This document shows, piece after piece, positions 15,783-27,070 of a DNA stretch of 64,000 nt. The number at the start of each line of letters is the position of its first letter. Position 1 is the first letter of the stretch. The DNA comes from Eledone cirrhosa (lineage: Eukaryota): the NCBI GenBank assembly GCA_964016885.1, contig OZ024741.1, forward strand, positions 176,886,001-176,950,000, given 5' to 3'. The notes beneath the pieces are model-generated. The model saw only the letters and a program-made list of their open reading frames with translations. It was not told where the DNA came from and searched no databases. Both the position numbers and the translations under genes were made by a program.

Positions 15783-16479
15783 CCCCCCCCCCCTATATAT
15801 ATATATATATATATATGATTATGCTTAGGAAATATGCTTAACAGGTGATGAATAATGTTTAAAAATTGTAATAGAATGCTTCGCGGTAACTTTTTGACTA
15901 AATAATAACAATATCCTAATAATTATATTTCATATTTGACTACATGGTGAAACTATCTGTATCTTCCATACTTTAATTAGGTTTGGGTACTTAATTAATT
16001 CTTGATATATGGAAGACACATCTTCCGACATAAAATGTATCTTCAATAAATAGTATGAGAGCATCTAGTACTATATATATATATATATCGGGTGAGTGTG
16101 TAAGAGGTAAAGTTCCACAGCTATGAAATATAGGAAAAAAACTATAAGTGAAAAAGCACAGGGATATATTTGCAGATTACATTTTGCTTTAATCTGACAG
16201 AATGAATATTTATTTTTAAATTGTTACACTAAATTGAGTTGATCTTTGTCAAATATTACTAATTTGATTGACTTGTCACGTTTAACAAATAAAACACTAT
16301 GTTCTCATATTCTGTGGGCAGTTATAATTTAGGTGAATTCTCTCTCCAAATTTATTTTAATATAAGGAATCTTTGTGATGGGATCAATGCAAAATTAATT
16401 TATTAGAAACGTCTTATGATGTAAATAGAAAGTTACTTTTCCATTTATAAATAAGGGATTGGATAACATTTCTTTCTCC

Positions 16480-17530
16480 TGTAGTGTGTGTTCGCGTGTA
16501 CACTTAGCTGGAGTTTTCTTGTGACAAAATGTCAAATTATTATCAGGGTTTGTAAGAATACCGGGAAATAGGTAGGAGTGGAGAAAGTTTTCTTTTGTCT
16601 TGTGCCGTGTATGTGTGTCTACCTGGTTTACATCAAATATATATTTAATGTTTATAAATAAAATTCAGTAAGAGGGGATGTAAAACTAAAATACAAGTAT
16701 ATGCATAAACATAATTGAAAGTTGTCTTTTGGTGGGAGGTGGGGATAACGTTTGTCAAATAATTGGTTTGTGGAGGAGTTGAAGGAATGAAAACTAGTGG
16801 AAACTAAAGGAAAGCGGTATTTAGTGGGGTGTTTTTTGCGAGTTATGGATTTACTTTTTATAATGTGATGTGTGTGATTGCAAATATATAGGTTGCGTGT
16901 AAATCGATTATTGTCATCCATAGATCACTATTTGTTGTCTAATGGCGGACCTTTACATATTTAATTGTGGCTAATATTTTTTTATGAATTATCTTTATGT
17001 ATTTATTCCCTGTTTTCACACGAAAGATTCTGAACATTTGTAGAGAGGATAGATTGTGAAGTTGGGTATGGCTAATCTTGCACATATTTAAGATGAATTG
17101 TCTCGTGTTTTCATCATCGATTTGTTGGCAGTGTATGGTCATTCCTTTGCGTAATAAAACACCCGTCTGTCCAATGTTCTATTGCAGACATGCACTGCCT
17201 TAAATCACATATATTAGATTTACCGCGTTTCAGGTGAGAGTTTTGTCCGTCCTTAAATGTGAAATTTGGTCCTTCAATTAGCAGTTACCTTCAATTTAAT
17301 TTTCCGCATTTCATTTGAGATTTCTTTGTGGAGTTTTGCCTCAGTAAGGATATGTGTTAGTAGTTTGGGCTGTCTTTTCCTGTTGACGAGTATGTATGTT
17401 TCTAGAAGTTTTCATGGTCCCACCGTCATATAGAATAGGAGGTTTTTGCGGAGGTGGTCGAACAGTTTGATATTTTCGGGATTGAAGATTTACACAAATG
17501 GTAAAATATTTCCCTGGTTTTACGTTTTGG
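16480..17530 (-). mobile_element. Penelope-like element 3' part (GIY-YIG endonuclease pseudogene)
   Basis: Minus-strand fragments RKRQPK.L..ILT.AK, LIYVI, IGQTG and MTIHCQQI; decayed hammerhead-like motif near 16510-16550. Confidence 0.7.
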
Positions 17531-18899
17531 TTTCCTTAGTTACACATACATATTCTAGGTATACAAATAAAACAATAAAAAATATGCTTTCTTCCTTACA
17601 GATAAATAATCAATAAAGGTAAAAAAAAAAAAAAAAAGAAATTGGTGATAAGAAAAGCTGAATAGCTGAAATGTCAAAGGCAATGTTGGACATCATATTG
17701 TGAATATTCGACGTGTAAGTGATAAAAATTGAATACTAATATGATCAAGCATTCTGCAAAAAAAAAAAAAGTATTAAGGAGAGAACTATATATGATTGGA
17801 GTTTGAACTTGCTTCTTATCTCTAACCGAGACTATGACTACATTCAATCATTCACTGAATAATATCAAAGAGGGGATCAAATTATTCAGTGGAAATCAGG
17901 AGAGGCTTTTCCCTTTTATATTGGTTTGTCAGCACCCTAGATTAAGTGAGGCATAATCACCTATTTGTGCGTACGTAAGTTACTACATTCATAAATCAAT
18001 ACATAAAAGCTAACATATAACGACATAGAGTAAATCGTACAAAACTTCTACAAAGTGTCATTTCAAAGACATAAACAAAACACTAAAATGCAATAAAGAT
18101 ATATGCAGTATTACATACCAGAATGCATGATAATATGATTTACATGGATAATAAACCAGTTACTTCATAGTAATGAAAATATGAAAATGAGGAAACAATG
18201 GTACGTAAATAATATTAAGAAATTGGGTAGATATTCAGTGAAGTAAATGTAACTGGACTTGTAAAGACGAAGAATAAATAATATATTGACAACGTACAAC
18301 GCGTCTTGAAAATGAAGGAATGTACAGGAGATATATAGACATATAATAAGGAGGCAAGGAAATGTGTTCTTGTGCTAAACTAATGGTCATGTATAAAACA
18401 TTTTACTGTTGTGTTTGAAGCCTGCCTATTTGCTGCAAGAAAAGATTACTGATGTAAAAAATAAATCAAACAACATAACATCAAATTTCATACTTCATGG
18501 GTCCATCAACTCACATTTATGGAAGTTATGGGTTTTGCAATGATAGAATTGTAGTGGATTTTGCAAATGAATACCATAAAGAGATACTGGAGGATTATAA
18601 AAGATATGAGACCTGATATCGCTTTGTTCACTGGGAAAGTAAGGAACGAATGGCAGAAAATGAACGACGAGATATGGAGATCAGGTAGCTGGATAATTTG
18701 CACTAAATACATCCGATTTGGAATTGAACATTTAATAAAGCCATATTACAAGTAGTAGGCACACATATAGTATTACAGTGGGCAAGGGGGTAAGCTTTGA
18801 AATTAACAAGGTAATTTATTGATATCAGGAATAAACTTTAAACGCGTATTCACATGAAAATAGTGAGATTAAATATACCTTCTCTCTAAAATATACAAC

Positions 18900-19110
18900 C
18901 TTGAGTGGTAGGAGAATTGGATTCGCATTCGTGAGGTTGTCAGTTCGATTCCTGGACCGGGCGATGCGTTATGTACTTGAGCAACACACTTTATTTCACG
19001 TTGCTCCTTCTACCTGGAGTTGCGACCGATAGATAGTATTAGCAATTGAAAAAAAACAACAGAAACATTGTTTCCTCGGTCAAATTTTACGAAAGTCGAT
19101 CGACTGTCGA
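18900..19110 (+). mobile_element. SINE family B (tRNA-derived)
   Basis: B-box AGTTCGATTCC followed by CTTGAGCAA.ACACTTTATTTCAC; closely similar to 34248-34460. Confidence 0.85.
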
Positions 19111-19140
19111 CATATATTATGCGTTCCAGCCGACAGGCTT

Positions 19141-19734
<594 letters not shown>

Positions 19735-20839
19735 GACCCGTTGTAAATTAGTACGTCAAATTTCAGAATGCATGTTGCCTTGTGGTTGTTTCCATGACAT
19801 ACTCGCTTCCTGATGAATAACAAACTAGGACAGAAAATCGATTAAAGATGTTTGTATTTTTGGTACATTTACATGTCCATATATACAGATGTGTATATTT
19901 ATATGCACATTGGTGAAATGTCGGTTACCCACTCTGTACAAATACCGATATAAATTTATCGTATACTTCGGCTGCTTGGTGCACTTCATAATATATAACT
20001 TAATTAAATACCACCAAGAACACAACTTACAGCAAGTTAGTACGTCCATTTCAGAATACTGTTATATATGAACGGGTATACATTTCCTTGTAATACATGT
20101 TTTCTTGTGGTTGTTTAGATAATATACATACGTTCTGATGGCCCGAAAAATCAGTTACATTTCTTTTAAAGTTTTTTAAACTTACAGGTTTATTCGTATT
20201 TTCTGCAATGTTTACATGTCACTATATCAAATGTATGTATTTCTATATAACATATGATCATTCTTTGTTACCCACAGGTATAAACTTATTGTTGTTCTAA
20301 TTGCAAGGGGCTGCTATCACCATCATATACAAAAGCCTCACGTATTTAATGTGATATACGTTTTAATACTTTATTTCATTTTTCTTACTTTTTAGTTTAC
20401 TTCTTTTCGTTTTTGATATATGTATCATACGTTGTACAATTCTACTTTTATTATTTTATTTTTGTTTATATCTACATTTATCTGACTTTCATCTCTTTAC
20501 CACCATTTTGTTTGACTTTTAATCTCCACTTTATATCTAATCAGATTGGTCTTAGTATGAAGACAACACTGTATGCTAAACTTACTACCTTCTGAAATGG
20601 CATACATGCAAGGCCTACATGCTATATAAAGGCAAGTTTGATGCTTTACACAAGCAAACATGCACCTAATCTCTTTTGCTCCTCATGACCTTTCAACGTT
20701 AAGGTTCTAACGTTAAGGTTCTAACTAGTTTTACTATAACTCAGCAATATTCTTTTCATCCTTATTTTTCATTGTATTTTACATTTTATTTATAATTTAT
20801 ATCTATTGTATAATAATTATTACTATTTTCATTATTACA

Positions 20840-21020
20840 AAGGTGGTGGGTTGGCATTATCCTTAGAATGTCGGACACCATGCTTCCCGCCGAGGTTAGC
20901 ATTGTCTTTCATCCTTATGGCGTCGATAAGTTAACATACCAGTAACACACTGGGATCGATTTATTCGACTTTACCCTACTCCAAGATTGCTGGCTTTCTG
21001 CCTGAATCAGAAACCATTAT
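20840..21020 (+). mobile_element. SINE family A, decayed
   Basis: tRNA-like head plus CTTTCATCCTTATGGCGTCGATAAG core. Confidence 0.75.
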
Positions 21021-22050
21021 TATAAACGTAAATGCGCGTGTAGTTATTGCTGTTAGTTGTGAGGCATTCTCGTTGCTTTTGTTATTATCTGAGCAATGGC
21101 ATAGCAAAGAAACATTTAACAGCAATAAACAAGAACAATGGATACCTGTTGCCCAGACACGATTGGTGAGAGAAGACACTATTTAACTTAAAGAGTTGGG
21201 GAAACACCATGAATAAAACTCGGGTACACAGCAATTGAAAAAAAGCAGACACGTTGGCTAGAAGTAATGAACATTACATGGCGACTTCAGATTCCACCAT
21301 TTAGAAAGTAGATATTTCTACCACACAAACACTAATGAGAAACTATATTCAGTGCGTCATATATTAGCTGAATTAACATTAAGATAGAACTAAATTACCT
21401 ATGTCATATCAGCATAACAGCATAATCACTTTAGTTACCTGTGCTAAAATGTGTGATGTTACAGTGGAACCAGTTGCTGATGTTTTTAAGGGAGGGTAAT
21501 TCAGAATTTAGCTATAATTAGATAAATCCTTTAAAGAATCTTAGGGAGGCAACTAACAAAATAATATTGGACTTATCCACCCTATGTCAATGGGACGAAA
21601 CCTTGCCCGGTGTGTAACTCGGAAAAGTGGCATATAAACTCACAACAGGGTTTAGAGAAATGATGCTTAAATACCCAACTCGATTGCTTTAGTTTCTGTC
21701 CTCATTAAACAACATTCATTCTAAAATTGGTACAGGCCGGATTAACGGAATTTATTTTTTTCGATTTCTCATCTTAACACTTTTTATTATTATATTCTTT
21801 AAGGGGTTAGCTAAATTCGGGATTACCTACCGGTAGAAACCTCAGTTGCATTTTCTAGAATCTTCTGTTGGGGGACCGATCTTTGTTTATATAAAAGGCT
21901 CGATGAGTTGGGTATAAACACAGAGATAATTAAATAACTGCATATGTTACTGTTCAAACTAATTATGCTTAACTCGTCGTATGGACTGAGTGTTCTTACC
22001 CTAAGATATTTATACCACATTTCTACTACAGTATATATATATATATATAT

Positions 22051-22475
22051 ATTAGTATTGGTGCTCTGAAATAACGATGTAGATATGAATATACGTATAG
22101 TACATTTAATAATATACTGTATGTTTATTTAAAACATTTTGAAGATTATTCGCTATGACCTTTAAATCAGTAACTAACGTTACATAATTAGTCTCGACAA
22201 TAGCAAAGCGGTGTAATCGATAGTCAACGTTTCTCACTTGTAAGTGGTTGTCAAGACTACATACCCCTTCACTTCTGCAGAGAGTTATAGTAGCTGGATT
22301 CTTATAGAATTTCTAAGTGGTATGTATTCTTCAAAACAACTTACAAGCGTTGCCTTTGCGGAGACTAGGTATGTGACGTTAGTCACTGCTTTAAAATTCA
22401 TACAGAATGGCCTTCAAAATATTTTAAAATAAACATACACTATATTATAAAATATGGTATACGTACATTCATATA
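22051..22475 (-). mobile_element. Fold-back, hammerhead-bearing non-autonomous PLE-like cassette in (TA)n
   Basis: Imperfect inverted arms at about 22085-22210 and 22345-22472. Tail 22051-22078 is shared with the 40 kb cassette. Hammerhead at 22221-22259. Confidence 0.75.
22221..22259 (-). ncRNA. Minimal type I hammerhead (U3-A8 variant)
   Basis: UAGUC-UUGACAA-CCACUUACAAGUGA-GAAA-CG-UU-GACUA; C.A mismatch at the base of helix II. An identical copy lies at 22939-22977. Confidence 0.7.
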
Positions 22476-22715
22476 TACACATATATATATATATATGTAT
22501 GTATGAATATTGGCTTCCTAAATACATAAGTGTTTTCCTCCTGAAAAATGTTATCATATTTCTCATTCTTTCTTCTGATGAAGGGCTAATGTGTAAAATG
22601 TTAAGACTCTCTCCTACGATATTAAGCGTTAAACTATTATATAACATCATTGACCTGTATTGTTCTACCTGTTTTATTTTTCATGTCGACTGATCTCACA
22701 AATAGACACACCCAC

Positions 22716-22787
<72 letters not shown>

Positions 22788-22856
22788 AAAAAGGGATGAA
22801 ATCGAAAATGCAACTGAAGTCTTATTTTTTTTAAAAATATATATATTTATTTGGTT

Positions 22857-22894
22857 CCTTTACCGGTTTCGCAGTTCTTCTGCTTTTCAAAAGG
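22857..22894 (-). ncRNA. Minimal type I hammerhead, inverted copy
   Basis: Exact reverse complement of 23175-23212. Confidence 0.85.
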
Positions 22895-23174
22895 TGAGTT
22901 GAGATGGAGGGTCTGTGGCTTTTCTCACATGTAATCGATAGTCAACGTTTCTCACTTGTAAGTGGTTGTCAAGACTACATACCCCTTCACTTCTGCAGAG
23001 AGTTATAGTAGCTGGATTCTTATAGAATTTCTAAGTGGCATGTATTCTTCAAAACAACTTACAAGCGTTGCCCTTGCGGAGACTAGGTATGTGACGTCAG
23101 TCACTGCTTTAAAATTCATACAGAATGGCCTTCAAAATATGTGAGAAAAACCACAGACCCTCCATCTCAACTCA

Positions 23175-23212
23175 CCTTTTGAAAAGCAGAAGAACTGCGA
23201 AACCGGTAAAGG
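23175..23212 (+). ncRNA. Minimal type I hammerhead (U3-A8 variant)
   Basis: CCUU-UUGAAAA-GCAG(AAGAA)CUGC-GAAA-CCGG-UA-AAGG, with AATAAA just downstream. Confidence 0.85.
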
Positions 23213-23384
23213 AACCAAATAAATATATATATTTAAAAAAAAAATAAGACTTCAGTTGCATTTTCGATTTCATCCCTTTTTCTTTATACTTCCACTCGTG
23301 TAGGACACCTCGGTTATTTTTCATTTTGTAAAAAAAACCTCACTTTCTAATATATATATATATATATATATCGATAGATTTTGA

Positions 23385-25040
23385 GTTTATGTTGGTTGTA
23401 TTCAGAACACCTCTACATAGGAGCCACATCAACGAGCTTTAAGGACCGCTGGTACAACCATCGCCATTCATTCAAGAAGGAGGCCAAAAGGAAAAGCACA
23501 GCTCTCTCCGACCTGATCTGAAAGCTTAAGCTGGACAGGACCCCATACTCTCTGGCCTGGTACATAATCAGGAAAGTACCACCCGATAAAGGGGGATCTT
23601 GCATATGCAAACTATGCCTGAACGAGACCCTTGAGATACTAAGAGGTGGAAGCGGCCTGATAAACCTCAGAACCGACTTCTTCGGGACATGCAGACACCT
23701 TAGAGCCGGGACCTTTCTCAAAATATATGGACAGTAGCAACACAAGAAGATGTGAACTCCCCTCAAGCTATAGGGACTTCTACAGAACATGAAAACACCT
23801 CTCGGCCAGACCTCCCTCAAGCTATACGGGCAATAACAACACCCTAGGTTGTGAACTCCCCTCAAGCCACAGGGAACAACCCAGGCGGAGCAGACACCAT
23901 GATAGCCTAGAGATAGAATCGGACACAGCCATAATAATTTGGCCAACATCTATAACACAAACACTTTTAATTTACCAGATTTCTGACTTTCAAGTTCCAA
24001 TCTTAAATCTTGATTTCTCCTTATTAATTTGTTATTTGTTTTCTGCCCTCTTCACTGTATCACCTTATATTTATTTTAAGTTGAGATAGGTTATAACACA
24101 AACACATTGAATATCTCATCTTAACATCTTGTATCATACCAATCTATCCAACATATTCTGACCTTGAGATTGGTTATAGCACACACACACACACTTTATC
24201 CTACATTATTTCTCACTTCTCCATATACATTATCATTACTTTTTCACTGATCTCTCATTTACTCTTTATTCTTTATTCTCTATTTATTTATTTATTTTCA
24301 AATTACACAAATTATATTAATTATTTTATTTTATTATATTATTTATTTATTTTCTGTTTTCTTCATTTATTGCCTTATATTTCTTCATATACATGAAATA
24401 ACCCCCCACCCACCCACCCACCACCAACACCACCCCTACGATGGTGGCGGGAGGGATGAAGAAAAAACACAAACTGGATACTTCTAAATTGTTAGCAGCA
24501 GCAAGATATAAGCTGACCACTACAACAACAACAGTATCAAAATAATGGTGGAGGTCAAATGTACTGAACAATAGCAGGCAAAAACACTACAGGGAGCCTC
24601 ACCCCAGAAAGAATTCTATAGACTTCTGACTGAGGAATGCTCTCAGAACTGAACAATGGGAAGTTTGACACTTTTTTTGTTATTTTGTTCCTTTAACACC
24701 TTGTCCCTTCTACCATTTTATCAATGTTTAAGCTAACTCCAACAATAACAACACTTAGAATGAGGAATGTTCTAATAACTGACCAATGAGAGGAGAAGGG
24801 GACCTGTGACACGGAAATTCGTTTGTTTGAATTCATATGACTCCAGTTCCCCAGTGAATTAACAACCCAACAAGGAACTGGGCATATCAGAGTATTGACA
24901 ATATCATACACCTAAATAACTTATGTACTTGTCTATACCATACTAATTCAAACTGCCTGAAGAGGTCACAGCCAAAGATGGCTGTCACTGAAATATATAT
25001 AGCAGTAATAAACGAAGCTAAATTTTAATCATTTGACTTT
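23385..25040 (+). mobile_element. 5'-truncated Penelope-like element (Neptune-like GIY-YIG end, long 3' UTR, terminal hammerhead)
   Basis: About 23410-23735 reads LYIGATSTSFKDRWYNHRHSFK..STALSDLI*KLK..CKLCLNE..GTCRH; bounded by (TA)n on both sides. Confidence 0.85.
24952..25006 (+). ncRNA. Type I hammerhead ribozyme at the PLE 3' end
   Basis: ACUGC-CUGAAGA-GGUCACAGCCA(AAGA)UGGCUGUCACU-GAAA-UAUAUA-UA-GCAGU, then AATAAA. Confidence 0.85.
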
Positions 25041-25050
25041 TATTTAACTT

Positions 25051-25115
<65 letters not shown>

Positions 25116-25125
25116 TATTATTAAT

Positions 25126-25280
25126 CATGCTTTGCAGCACAGTTACGTCCCTTTACGGACTGAGTTCAAATCCCGCCGATGTTAACTTTGCCTTTCATCC
25201 TTACGGGGTCGATAAAATGAAGTACCAGTAATACACTGGAATAATTGCTGGCCTTGTGCCAAAAAGTAGAAACAATTATT
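25126..25280 (+). mobile_element. SINE family A
   Basis: B-box GAGTTCAAATCC plus core and 3' GTAGAAACAATTATT. Confidence 0.88.
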
Positions 25281-25383
25281 ATTACTATTATTATAAATGT
25301 GAAGACGAAAATCTAAACAGGGCTTGATAGGGACAATATATATATATATCAAAATATATAAAACCATAGTGCAAATATTTATT

Positions 25384-25514
25384 AAAATAACAGATTAAAG
25401 CTTAAGCAAAGAGTCGCTGCTTTCACCCTTAACGGGATATTCTGAAACAGTATCAGAAGATCCCGTTCAGGGTGAAAGCACCGATTCTTTGCTTAAGCTT
25501 TAATCTGTTATTTT
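25384..25514. repeat. Near-perfect 131-bp palindrome between microsatellites
   Basis: AAAATAACAGATTAAAGCTTAAGCAAAGA... pairs with ...TCTTTGCTTAAGCTTTAATCTGTTATTTT. Confidence 0.9.
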
Positions 25515-25520
25515 GATATG

Positions 25521-25607
<87 letters not shown>

Positions 25608-26732
25608 ATGCGCGTGTGTGCATAGTAAATATGGCGGCGATATATATTTATGCAAATGTGTGCTAATGAAAATGTGTATAGAATACATCTAAAATTTACA
25701 TTTAAACAAGTAGAATACAACATACGATGTTAAAACCGCTCTCATAGTTTCATTAACATTTCCAACATCAGATCATATATTTCCGGAATGAAGTAAACTA
25801 TTAATAAAAGAGATATGTCATTTGCAATGTTTCAATACTAAAATCGCCTGAACGATTCTTGCAACCCATTCAAATATAGGGAATTATTTAGAATGTATTA
25901 GCTATGTTCTTCCTTTCTCCAACTTTAAAGAGTTCAGTATCACTTCTGGTGCCTTAGAAATCAAACAATCCAGTAACATCTCATCACATAAGAGCTAATG
26001 GCTAATGTCATAGACGAATTAGGTAGAAAACTAGAAAGCTTCATTCTTAATATTTCTTCATGTATTTATCTATCTATTAATTTATTAAAAGTTAGTTTCG
26101 TAGCTTTCCGATGATGCATAACAGAGCCAATGTATGCAAAAATGCTGCAAGATTTCCTTGAAATATATATGAAATATATTTAAATCGTCGACTGACTTAC
26201 AATTTATTGGTTTTATTGTGCTTTTTACACGGAGGCGACAAACATCGTGTTTAGTCGATTTCCACATTAATCAAAACATTTCGATTCATGCGCTATATGT
26301 TTACATTTGCTAGCATTCAACGAGGACATCACAAACTAGAACTATTCCCGTTTGCACTGCGGAATTATCACTTTTCAGTTTATAAACCGGCCAACCATTC
26401 CGGATCATTCATTCTCTTTGCAATTACCAGGTATGATCCCCCAAGACCTCAACTGTGCGTGATTATGAATTGCTAATAAAATCGAATTTGTAATGTGAAT
26501 TCATACTTGGAGTGGCACGGAATACACCTCTAGCTAATTGCTGGAATTTAACGTTTGAAGATTGCTATGAAAAACGGTCATTAATGTCGAACAAACATGT
26601 TAACATGCGAAGAGTATTAACGGTTCGAACTGCCACAAACTTGAATAAACTTTGCACAATATTGATTAATGGAATCAGTCGACGTTGTACAATTTCCTCA
26701 CTTTCATACTGGCACTGTGCCACTCATTATTT

Positions 26733-26830
26733 TGTTGACTTTGCCTTTCATCCTTATGGGGTCGATAAAATAAAGTACCAGTAATACACTGGGTAGTTGC
26801 TGGCCTTGTGCCTAAAGGTAGAAACAATTT
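26733..26830 (+). mobile_element. SINE family A, 5'-truncated
   Basis: Core and 3' end present. Confidence 0.85.
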
Positions 26831-27070
26831 TTTAAAATTATTTTCTTATTGTATATGTATATAGTTTTTTTTACTTTTCCACTGACCTATAATGACACGT
26901 TTGTGTGTGTGCTAGGTGTGTTGCTGGCTTCCGGTGAACCAGTTATATATCCTTCATATTTCTCTAGAATAAATGAAAAGGGGTTAACTGAAAGTAAAAA
27001 TACCATCTCAGAGAAAGTGTTTTCTAAGAATATACCCCTGCGATATGCTATTTTATCTGTAAAAATATAA

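Larger units (their letters stand above)
22781..23350 (+). mobile_element. Fold-back hammerhead cassette whose loop is a local duplication
   Basis: Near-perfect inverted arms 22781-22930 and 23139-23288, then a tail to 23350; flanked by (TA)n. Confidence 0.85.

Noticed and set aside
23413-23949. 178-aa Cys-rich minus-strand ORF
   Set aside because: It is antisense to the PLE GIY-YIG frame and its UTR repeats.
24835-24887. SECIS-like hairpin in the PLE 3' UTR
   Set aside because: It has a 5' AUGA but lacks the matching 3' GA of the kink-turn quartet.
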